The translations under genes were made by a program, and so were the position numbers. A stretch of DNA of 64,000 nucleotides from Candidatus Eiseniibacteriota bacterium (GTDB taxonomy: Bacteria; Eisenbacteria; RBG-16-71-46; CAZAMP01). A model generated the notes under the pieces. The model had not been told where the DNA came from and searched no databases. It saw nothing but the letters and a program-made list of their open reading frames with translations. Positions 56,597 through 64,000 of this stretch are shown piece by piece; the first letter of the stretch is position 1; each line of letters opens with the position of its first letter. Where the stretch lies: the NCBI GenBank assembly GCA_965224245.1, contig OZ245046.1, positions 4,032,001 to 4,096,000 on the forward strand. Direction: 5' to 3'.

Positions 56597-58699
56597 CTAC
56601 GACGCACCGTGCAGATCGGAGAGCTTGATCCGCACGGAGTCGTGCGCTCGCCTGAGCTCCTCCACAACGTCCCCGGTCGGGCGATCCTCGACCTCGACCA
56701 GGCGTGCGCCGAGCAGAACCCACAGCACCTCTCTCACGTCCCTGGGGAGAATACTCGCCAGAAACTCCAGCGCGACACCTTTGAGAGCCTGATCGGCGCC
56801 ATGGATGCCGTGGAAGGCGATCCGGAGCGGCTCCTGATCGTGACAGAACGACAGAAGCGCAAACACGTGCTGAAGGCTCCTACCCACGCGCGCGTCGAGC
56901 CCGGCCATGTCGAAGGGATGGTTACCGGCGTGCTCGAGAACTCGTCGGGCGCGCCAGATTCGCTCGGACACGACCACCTCCGCCCGCACCCAATCCAGCA
57001 CGCACTCCCAGGGTGTGTCGATGTCGACACCGCGCTCTCGCATCCGCGACAGTGCGCTGGCGCTCTGGAAGCGAAGCTCGAATTCGGGCAACGACAACGC
57101 CTCACGAAGTCCAACGACTGCCAGTCGCGTCGAGGCGTCCGCGAGCAGGCGAGGGATGCGACGGCGGATCACGATGTCCACGCTGCCGTCGAGCAGCAAG
57201 TCCACGACGTGGCCGGAGATCTCGTCCACCGTCGCTCGGAGTGCCGCGAGGGCCTCGTCGGCGACGGGATCCCAGCCGATCAGGGGTACGGCGGCGATCG
57301 CCTCGTGACGCGTCAGCGGCTCCCCCTCCAGCGCCTGTCGCACGAGACCCTCGTCACCCGACTGAAGCGCGGCCACACGATCGGCGGCGAGCCTGAGAAG
57401 CGGCGCGTCGTGTCCCACGCTCGCAATCGACGAGCCGGCGCGGAAACGGGGCGAATGCCCTCGCCACTCGGTGGACAGTCGATCCAGCAGGGCCGCTGGA
57501 TGGTGCCGGCGAAGGTGTCGGATGAGCCAGAGCGACCACGCGGCGGCGGCCGCGGAGAGCAGCATGACCCCGACGCTGCTCCGGGACCCGAACCCGGCCA
57601 CGATCAGCGCCACCACCGCACCGCCGGCCAGGCGGCCGATCTGCTCGCCGCCGACGTCCAGCATCACCTTGATCGACTGGCGATCGCCGACCCTGAGTGC
57701 ACCGTGGAGCTGCTCGCATCCCGGACGGTGAAACGCGTTGCGGAGGCTCCGGGTAACCAGACGCGTCGCCGTCGCGAGCGCGAGCGTCGGCTGCATCGCG
57801 ATCGCGAGCCCTCCCATGACGATCGACACCGGCAACACGGTCACCGCGCGAGCCGGTCCCATCCGATCGACCGCACGATCGGTCACCGAGAGCTGCACGA
57901 TCAGGGCGAGGACGTCGGACGCCACGTAGAAGATCAGGAAGAACCGCGTCAGCGCCTCGGGGCCGCGGATGCTGGCAGCAGCCTCGGTCCGGAATACGAA
58001 GTCCACCCCGGTGAGAGCGATTGACACCAGCACGGCGCTGGCTCCCAGCACTCGCGGGTAGGGGCTGTCGACCATCGCGCGCAGCCATCCCCGGTAGCCG
58101 GCTTCGATGTCCGGGTCCTGATCGACGCCCGCCGCTCCATGTCGCTTCAGGACGAAGCCGACTCCGAGTCCGCTGAGGAGGTGCAGCACGGCCAGCGCGA
58201 GAAGAAGGACGTTCCAGGCCGCGACGTCGGTGACGCGGGTGGTGATCACGGCGCCGGACACGCTGCCGAGCGACGCGGTGGCGGCGATGACGCCCATCCG
58301 TCGGCGCGCGGTGTCGAGATCCAGCACATCGGTCACGAGTGACCACACGAGGCTGATCAGGAACGGGATCAGGATCGTGACGTGGCTGAACAGTACGATC
58401 GTCACGACGTGTGGAACGGCGTCGATCAGGGTGCCTTCCACGGCGAACAGCACGGCACTGAAGACGTAGAGCCAGGCCAGGTGTGCCTGCCGGGCGGCGG
58501 ACGAGACGTGACGCGCGACCACGATCGCGCTCACCAGCGTCGCCGCGGCCGACCCCGCGATCAGCGTCGGCAGCAGCGACGCGTCGAAGGACGAAAAGAA
58601 CGCGGAGTCGCGAACGGCCTTGGCAACGACCTGAGCAGCGGACAGCAGCGTCACCGATGCCACGAGTGCCCAGAGCGCTTGTCGCCGACCACCGACCAT
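56597..58699 (-). CDS. Npt1/TLC (ATP/ADP translocase-like) MFS transporter with C-terminal HEAT repeats
   Basis: 'KAVRDSAFFSSF', 'WSLVTDVLDLDTARRRMG', about 12 TM helices, helical tail 'RRRIPRLL', 'LKGVALEFL'. Start ATG 58699. Confidence 0.8.
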   Translation of the reverse strand: MVGGRRQALWALVASVTLLSAAQVVAKAVRDSAFFSSFDASLLPTLIAGSAAATLVSAIVVARHVSSAARQAHLAWLYVFSAVLFAVEGTLIDAVPHVVTIVLFSHVTILIPFLISLVWSLVTDVLDLDTARRRMGVIAATASLGSVSGAVITTRVTDVAAWNVLLLALAVLHLLSGLGVGFVLKRHGAAGVDQDPDIEAGYRGWLRAMVDSPYPRVLGASAVLVSIALTGVDFVFRTEAAASIRGPEALTRFFLIFYVASDVLALIVQLSVTDRAVDRMGPARAVTVLPVSIVMGGLAIAMQPTLALATATRLVTRSLRNAFHRPGCEQLHGALRVGDRQSIKVMLDVGGEQIGRLAGGAVVALIVAGFGSRSSVGVMLLSAAAAAWSLWLIRHLRRHHPAALLDRLSTEWRGHSPRFRAGSSIASVGHDAPLLRLAADRVAALQSGDEGLVRQALEGEPLTRHEAIAAVPLIGWDPVADEALAALRATVDEISGHVVDLLLDGSVDIVIRRRIPRLLADASTRLAVVGLREALSLPEFELRFQSASALSRMRERGVDIDTPWECVLDWVRAEVVVSERIWRARRVLEHAGNHPFDMAGLDARVGRSLQHVFALLSFCHDQEPLRIAFHGIHGADQALKGVALEFLASILPRDVREVLWVLLGARLVEVEDRPTGDVVEELRRAHDSVRIKLSDLHGAS

Positions 58700-58773
58700 T
58701 CGCTCGCTCTTTCCGACCGGCGCACCGATCAGGCGACAGGATTGGAACATCGCGACACTTGCGCCAAAGTCGT

Positions 58774-58803
58774 AGTATACGGCCCTATGCGAGACCATCA
58801 CAA
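58774..58803 (-). promoter_or_regulatory. Putative sigma70 promoter for the transporter-ATPase-kinase operon
   Basis: Minus strand TTGTGA-N18-TATACT, about 75 nt upstream of ATG 58699. Confidence 0.5.
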
Positions 58804-59287
58804 CCTGGGGCAGATGACATACGACGAGCTGCGACGCGTCGCGTCCCGGCTGCTCGATCGCGAGGGCGCGACGCGACTCAGCACGGCCGACGTCGTGCAC
58901 GAGGTCTGGATCCGACTCAGCTCCCAGACGTCATCGACGATCCGCGACCGTGAGCACTTCGTGGCGATCGCAGCCCTGGCGATGCGTCGCTACCTCGTCG
59001 ACGAAGCGAGGCGCAGAAAGGCCGCCAAGCGAAACGCGATCGTCGTCCCGATCGACGATCTGCATGACGCGCTCGGGTCGCCCCGGCAGGACGTGAACGT
59101 GCTGGACCTCGATGACGCTCTCTCGCAGCTCGAGTCGACCGAGCCCGAACTCTCGGAGGTCCTCCTCCTTCGCTGCTTCGCCGGGCTGACGCTCGATGAA
59201 ACCGCGTCGACACTGGGTACGACGACCGGCGCCGCGGGCGCGCGCTGGAGGAAGGCCAAGCGACGTCTCGCGGAGTTGCTCGCCTAG
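58787..59287 (+). CDS. ECF sigma factor of the kinase-associated type (TIGR02999/ECF43-like), short N-terminus
   Basis: 'YDELRRVA', 'LSTADVVHEVWIRL', 'REHFVAIAALAMRRYLVDEARRRKAAKR', 'LRCFAGLT..ETA'. Confidence 0.88.
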   Translation: MRDHHNLGQMTYDELRRVASRLLDREGATRLSTADVVHEVWIRLSSQTSSTIRDREHFVAIAALAMRRYLVDEARRRKAAKRNAIVVPIDDLHDALGSPRQDVNVLDLDDALSQLESTEPELSEVLLLRCFAGLTLDETASTLGTTTGAAGARWRKAKRRLAELLA

Positions 59288-60264
59288 GTGACCCGCAACC
59301 GAGCGAGACGGCCAGCCACTACCTGAAGCCCCAGTCGTAGGCGGGGTACCACGGTCGCTCCGGTGCAGCATCGCAGGTCGGCCAGGAACGCGCCGGCGTT
59401 CGGATGGCGCGCAGCGGGAGCCTTCGCGGTGGCCCGCGCCAGTACCGCGCGGAGCAGTCTTCCCCGGATGCCGCCGGAGCCCGGTCCTGGGGCCGGATCG
59501 CGCGTGATCGCGACGATGAGCTCGTTCGGCGTCGGGCTCGTCAGACCGTAGGGCGGCCGCCCGGAGAGCACCTCGTGACAGATGACACCGAGCGAGTAGA
59601 CATCGGTGGCTGGGCCCACGAGCCGGCCTTCGACCTGCTCGGGGCTCATGTAGGCCAGCGTCCCGATGAGATCTCCCTGACGGGTCAGATGGGGTGAGCG
59701 GCTGCGACGCTCCGCCGGACGGGCTACCCCGAAGTCGATGATGCACGGGGTGTCGTCGGCTCGCCGGACGAGCACGTTCTCCGGCTTCAGATCCCGGTGC
59801 ACGATGCCGCGGGTGTGTGCGTACGCGACGCCGGAGACCATCCCGAGCAACACGTCGAGACGCCGGTCGCTCGACGGGGCCTCGTTCAACCATGCGCGAA
59901 GCGAAGCGCCCTCCACGTAGTCCAGAACGATGTACGCGCGCGGTCCGCGCGTCGTGGCCACCACGCCCGAGCCGAGGACGCCGACGACGTTGGGATGGGA
60001 GAGGTTCGTCAGGAGACGTGCCTCCCGCTCGAAGCGTTTGCGTGTGACCGAGGGGGCGATGGGCGTCGAGAGGACCTTGATCGCGACGACACCGTCCGGG
60101 CCGTGGGCGCGGTACACGGTGCTGCTCGCGCCGAGGCCCAGGATCTCGCCGACGCGGTAGGGTCCGACGTCGGGCGACTTCAGGAACCCGTCGATCGTCT
60201 CCGGTCCTGCGTCGCGGCGGCCGGGGTCTGCGCCCGTCGTCTCGATGTTCCGCGTCTCGGTCAT
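59284..60264 (-). CDS. Soluble Ser/Thr protein kinase (kinase domain only)
   Basis: GGAGG RBS. 'VAIK', 'HRDLKPENV', 'DFG', 'GTLAYMSPEQ', 'DVYSLG'. Confidence 0.9.
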   Translation of the reverse strand: MTETRNIETTGADPGRRDAGPETIDGFLKSPDVGPYRVGEILGLGASSTVYRAHGPDGVVAIKVLSTPIAPSVTRKRFEREARLLTNLSHPNVVGVLGSGVVATTRGPRAYIVLDYVEGASLRAWLNEAPSSDRRLDVLLGMVSGVAYAHTRGIVHRDLKPENVLVRRADDTPCIIDFGVARPAERRSRSPHLTRQGDLIGTLAYMSPEQVEGRLVGPATDVYSLGVICHEVLSGRPPYGLTSPTPNELIVAITRDPAPGPGSGGIRGRLLRAVLARATAKAPAARHPNAGAFLADLRCCTGATVVPRLRLGLQVVAGRLARLRVT

Positions 60265-60460
60265 GTCGGCCTCCGGTCGGCGGGCGTGTCGGGCGATCGG
60301 GTCGTCATCATCAGCTACGCCGCCAGATGCCCGGAGTTCCCTACTTTCGTCGTGTATGCGCCTCCAGTGGTGCTTGAGGGCGTCTGGCCGCGCCGATTAC
60401 ACTGACGGGCCGACGAAGTCGTTTCGTGGTCCGTTGGATTTGCATGCCCTGGAGCGATTG

Positions 60461-63400
60461 ATGACGCCTCCCCGACGTCATACCCTGGCAGTCCTGGCAG
60501 CGCTCGCGATCGGAGCCGCGCGCGTCGCCGCGGCGGGCGACGACTGGACGTCGACGGGGTTCGAGGACTGGGAGTCCGGTCAGGACTTCTGGAACGTGAT
60601 CGGCGGACAGTGGCAGGTGGGGGAGCCGACGTACAGCTCGGGTCCCTCCGGCGCGTACTCGGGCGTCGCCTGCGCGGGGACCGACCTCTCCGGACCCACC
60701 GACGTCGGAGCGGACGCCCGGCTCGTGAGCCCGCCGACAGAGCTGGGATCCGGCGAGTCGGTGTACCTCTCGTTCCGTCACTGGTATCAGCTCGGAACGG
60801 GATCGGGTGCCCCCGACAGCGCGTTCGTCGAGCTCCGCGTCGATGGAGACCCCTGGCAGCGGGTGTCGACCGTCTTCCTCGGCGGCTCCAGGGTCTGGTC
60901 GCGCCACCTCGTGGATCTGAGTGCATTCGCCGGTCGGCGAGTCGAGATCGCCTTTCGTTTCCTGGGAAGAGCCTCCACGCCCCGCTCCGGTTGGTACGTC
61001 GACGACATCGAGCTCGTCGAGCGACCCCTCGTCTTCGAGAACCCGAACGACTTCGAGCTGGGGCTCGGCGACTGGTACGCCAGCCACGGACAGTGGCAGG
61101 TCGGGGAGCCGACGTACAGCTCGGGTCCCTCCGACGCGTATTCGGGCGTCGCGTGCGCGGGCACCGACCTCGCCGGACCCACCGACGTCGGGGCGGACGC
61201 CCGGCTCGTGAGCCCGCCGACAGAGCTCGGATCCGGCGAGTGGGTCTACCTCTCGTTCCGTCACTGGTATCAGCTCGGAACGGGATCGGGTGCCCCCGAC
61301 AGCGCGTTCGTCGAGCTCCGCGTCGATGGAGACCCCTGGCAGCGGGTGTCGACCGTCTTCCTCGGCAGCTCCAGGGTCTGGTCGCGCCACCTCGTGGATC
61401 TGAGTGCATTCGCCGGTCGGCGAGTCGAGATCGCCTTTCGTTTCCTGGGAAGAGCCTCCACGCCCCGCTCCGGTTGGTACGTCGACGACATCGAGCTCGT
61501 CGAGCGACCCCTCGTGTTCGAGAACCCGAACGACTTCGAGCTCGGGCTCGGCGACTGGTACGCCAGCCACGGACAGTGGCAGGTCGGGGAGCCGACGTAC
61601 GGCTCGGGTCCCTCCGGCGCGCACTCGGGTATCACCTGCGCGGGAACCGACCTTGCCGGAGCCACCGACTTCGGGACGGATTCTCGGCTCGTGAGTCCGC
61701 CGATCCAGTTGCTGCCGAACACGCTGTCGGACCCGATCCGGCTTTCGTTCTGGCACTGGTACTGGTTTGGCACGGGATCGGGCGCCCCCGACAGTGCGTG
61801 GGTGGAGGTGAGGCGACTGGCCGGGAACTGGAACCGCGCGTCCGACGAGTTCGTCGGGGCCTCGCGCGTATGGACCCGACACACGGTCGAGCTGACCGAG
61901 TACGCCGGCGATAGCGTCCAGGTGGCGTTTCGATTCCGAGGGAACGCCTCCGTGTCCCGATCCGGCTGGTACATCGACGATCTCGTGATGAGCGGCGTCG
62001 GTGGCACGTTCACGTCGTCGGTCGACTTCGGCACCGTGTCCCTGGGTCGGTCCACCGCGCTCCCCCTCACCCTGTACAACTTCAGCTCGGTACCGGTGCC
62101 CATCGTCGCCTACGAGCTGCAATCGTCCGACTTCAGCCTCTCCGAGTCCTTCCGTGACTCCATCGACGCCGGGAAGGCCGTCGTGCCGGCGCACGCCTCG
62201 CTCTCCACGCGGCTCGCGTTCCTCCCGCTCGACAGTGGGGCCCGCGTCGACACGCTTCGATTCGAGGACGACACCGGCGCCAGATACGCCGAGTACGCGC
62301 TCAGCGGGTGGGCGCCCGAGCTCCGCTTCAACGTGCTGACCGGCACGCTGTACCCGGACGGGGAGATCGACGCGGACGACGACCTGTTCGTTCCGGTCCA
62401 GATCGCCGAGTCGCTGGCCGTGGATTCGATCCGGGTGTCGTACTCGCCGTCGGGATCGCACGCCCTCACCCACAAGCGCCTGCAGCTCGCCGGCCGCGAC
62501 GACGGGATCGACACGTACGTGGCGCAGGTCCCACTGGAGGGCGCGATCCCCATCGGGCTCCAGCTGGCCGTGACCGCTCACACCGGCCCCGTCGTGGTGA
62601 GGGAGCCGGAGACCGGCTTTCAGCACCTGCGCATTCGAACCTCCGACGTCGCCTTCCCGGGGACGCTGCCCGCCGGCCGCTACTGCATGATCTCGGCCCC
62701 GATCGAGCTGGTGAGCCGGTCGGTGCTCGGACTGTTCGGAGACGACCTGGGTCCGGTCGATCCGGCTCGGTGGCGGATGTTCGCGTACGATCCCACGCGC
62801 GGATACGTGGAGATGCCAAGCAATGGCTTCGAAGAGATCGAGCACGGACGGGCCTACTGGCTGATCACCGAGAGTGGCGCTCGGCTGGACACGAGCCCGG
62901 TCATGGGAACGACGACGGCGGCGGACGTACCGTTCCAGCTGACGCTCCAGCCGGGATGGAACCAGATCGGAAACCCGTTCGCGTTCCCGATCGTGTGGGA
63001 CGACGTCGGACGCTCGGACCTCGGCGCCATCGGTCAGCCAGTCGCGTGGAACTGCACGGAGGAGAAGTACGAGGACGATACTCCGGAGATCTTCGAGCCG
63101 TACGTCGGCTACTTCATGAGAAACCACGCCGAGGTCGAGCAGCTTCTGACGATACCGCCGACCGCATTCGAGGACGCCACATCGACGTCTCGCGTGCAGC
63201 GCGGTCTGGACATGCAGGAGACCCTCCGGATCGACGCGGAGATCGACGGATCATCCAGCACCGTGGTGGTCGGGTTCCGCGAGGGCGCACTCGCCGGCGC
63301 CGATCCTCTGGATGGCGAGCTGCCCCCGCGCTTCCCCGATTCGCGCATCGAGCTGCGGATCGACAATCGCGACTGGGAACGGTGGCCCGGGTACTATCGC

Positions 63401-63958
63401 CGTGACGTACGGCCCGACGCCGAGGACGGTGCCGTCTGGACCCTCGAGCTGGACTCCCCCGAGAATCGCATCGTCGAGCTCCGGTTCACGCCCGCGCCGA
63501 GATCCACACGGCGCTACCGCGTGGTCGATCTCGAGCGCGACGTCACGATCGACGTCCAGACGCATGATCGGTACGACGTGGCGATCGGGTCGCGGCGCCC
63601 GTATCGTTTGACGCTGCTGGGCGGGGATGCCGCCTTCGTGAACGAGGCCGCGAGCGGCCTGACGCCCCCACCCCCCGGCCGACCGGTGCTCGCCGGTGCC
63701 GTCCCGAACCCGACGCTCGGGAGCGCCGTCGTCGAGTTCGGACTTCCCCGACCCGCGCGGGCGTCGTTGACGGTCTACGATCTCGCAGGGCGACGCGTCC
63801 GATCCGTGCTCGACGACGTGACACGATCCGGCGGATATCACGCCGTGGTCTGGGACGGGAACGACGACGCGGGCCGCCGTGTCCCTGCCGGCGTCTACGT
63901 CTTGCGGCTGCAGGTGGACTCGGTGACGCGGACGCGGAAGCTGACGCTGCTCAACTGA
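60461..63958 (+). CDS. Large secreted adhesin-like protein: three MAM/cleaved-adhesin-like domains, Ig domains, FlgD/T9SS-type CTD
   Basis: GGAG RBS and signal peptide. Three 'WQVGEPT...LVSPP...GWYVDDI' units, 'VDFGTV', 'GWNQIGNPF', ends 'PNP...YDLAGRRV...WDG...GVY..RKLTLLN'. Confidence 0.88.
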   Translation: MTPPRRHTLAVLAALAIGAARVAAAGDDWTSTGFEDWESGQDFWNVIGGQWQVGEPTYSSGPSGAYSGVACAGTDLSGPTDVGADARLVSPPTELGSGESVYLSFRHWYQLGTGSGAPDSAFVELRVDGDPWQRVSTVFLGGSRVWSRHLVDLSAFAGRRVEIAFRFLGRASTPRSGWYVDDIELVERPLVFENPNDFELGLGDWYASHGQWQVGEPTYSSGPSDAYSGVACAGTDLAGPTDVGADARLVSPPTELGSGEWVYLSFRHWYQLGTGSGAPDSAFVELRVDGDPWQRVSTVFLGSSRVWSRHLVDLSAFAGRRVEIAFRFLGRASTPRSGWYVDDIELVERPLVFENPNDFELGLGDWYASHGQWQVGEPTYGSGPSGAHSGITCAGTDLAGATDFGTDSRLVSPPIQLLPNTLSDPIRLSFWHWYWFGTGSGAPDSAWVEVRRLAGNWNRASDEFVGASRVWTRHTVELTEYAGDSVQVAFRFRGNASVSRSGWYIDDLVMSGVGGTFTSSVDFGTVSLGRSTALPLTLYNFSSVPVPIVAYELQSSDFSLSESFRDSIDAGKAVVPAHASLSTRLAFLPLDSGARVDTLRFEDDTGARYAEYALSGWAPELRFNVLTGTLYPDGEIDADDDLFVPVQIAESLAVDSIRVSYSPSGSHALTHKRLQLAGRDDGIDTYVAQVPLEGAIPIGLQLAVTAHTGPVVVREPETGFQHLRIRTSDVAFPGTLPAGRYCMISAPIELVSRSVLGLFGDDLGPVDPARWRMFAYDPTRGYVEMPSNGFEEIEHGRAYWLITESGARLDTSPVMGTTTAADVPFQLTLQPGWNQIGNPFAFPIVWDDVGRSDLGAIGQPVAWNCTEEKYEDDTPEIFEPYVGYFMRNHAEVEQLLTIPPTAFEDATSTSRVQRGLDMQETLRIDAEIDGSSSTVVVGFREGALAGADPLDGELPPRFPDSRIELRIDNRDWERWPGYYRRDVRPDAEDGAVWTLELDSPENRIVELRFTPAPRSTRRYRVVDLERDVTIDVQTHDRYDVAIGSRRPYRLTLLGGDAAFVNEAASGLTPPPPGRPVLAGAVPNPTLGSAVVEFGLPRPARASLTVYDLAGRRVRSVLDDVTRSGGYHAVVWDGNDDAGRRVPAGVYVLRLQVDSVTRTRKLTLLN
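60605..61980 (+). repeat. Intragenic tandem repeat, 483-bp unit, three copies
   Basis: GGACAGTGGCAGGT recurs at 60605, 61088 and 61571. Copies 1 and 2 are nearly identical; copy 3 diverges. Confidence 0.95.
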
Positions 63959-64000
63959 CACCGCTCGCGATCACGACCTCAACGTGAACGTGAACGGCAC

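Noticed and set aside
60426-60444. TGGTCCGTTGGATTTGCA (and a similar site near 44465-44485) as sigma54 promoters
   Set aside because: GG-to-GC spacing is 12 rather than the required 10.
60605-61980. Repeats as a CRISPR array or DGR template/variable pair
   Set aside because: They are in-frame 483-bp coding units without spacers, and the differences are not adenine-specific.

Overview
High-GC bacterial window with about 44 CDS and no rRNA, tRNA, CRISPR array or transposase that I could recognise. C-terminal FlgD/T9SS-like tails, a C-terminal 'SWGxIKxxY' motif and DUF3857 and DUF4301 genes suggest an FCB-type lineage such as Ca. Eisenbacteria/Latescibacterota/Krumholzibacteriota (inference only). 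Contents in order: dsbD 3' end; an active/inactive DUF3857-transglutaminase pair; an FGE-domain protein; rsmG behind a degenerate sigma54-activator-like regulator; two structured intergenic elements (one with a perfect sigma54 -24/-12 promoter and a terminator, probably an sRNA); a dispersed surface-polysaccharide locus (five GT4, two GT-C, Wzx, pyruvyltransferase, two PP-loop enzymes, deacetylases) interrupted by a troABCDR Mn-uptake operon with its operator; several secreted repeat proteins; and at 50.3-60.3 kb a signalling cluster. That cluster encodes an Npt/TLC-HEAT transporter, a STAND-like ATPase-TM-PEGA receptor, a kinase-STAND ATPase fusion, two exported partners, and an ECF sigma facing a soluble kinase. 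It is the best candidate for an undescribed system. Several starts were re-chosen from RBS and overlap evidence rather than taken from the longest ORF. All calls come from motif reading; no database search was run.
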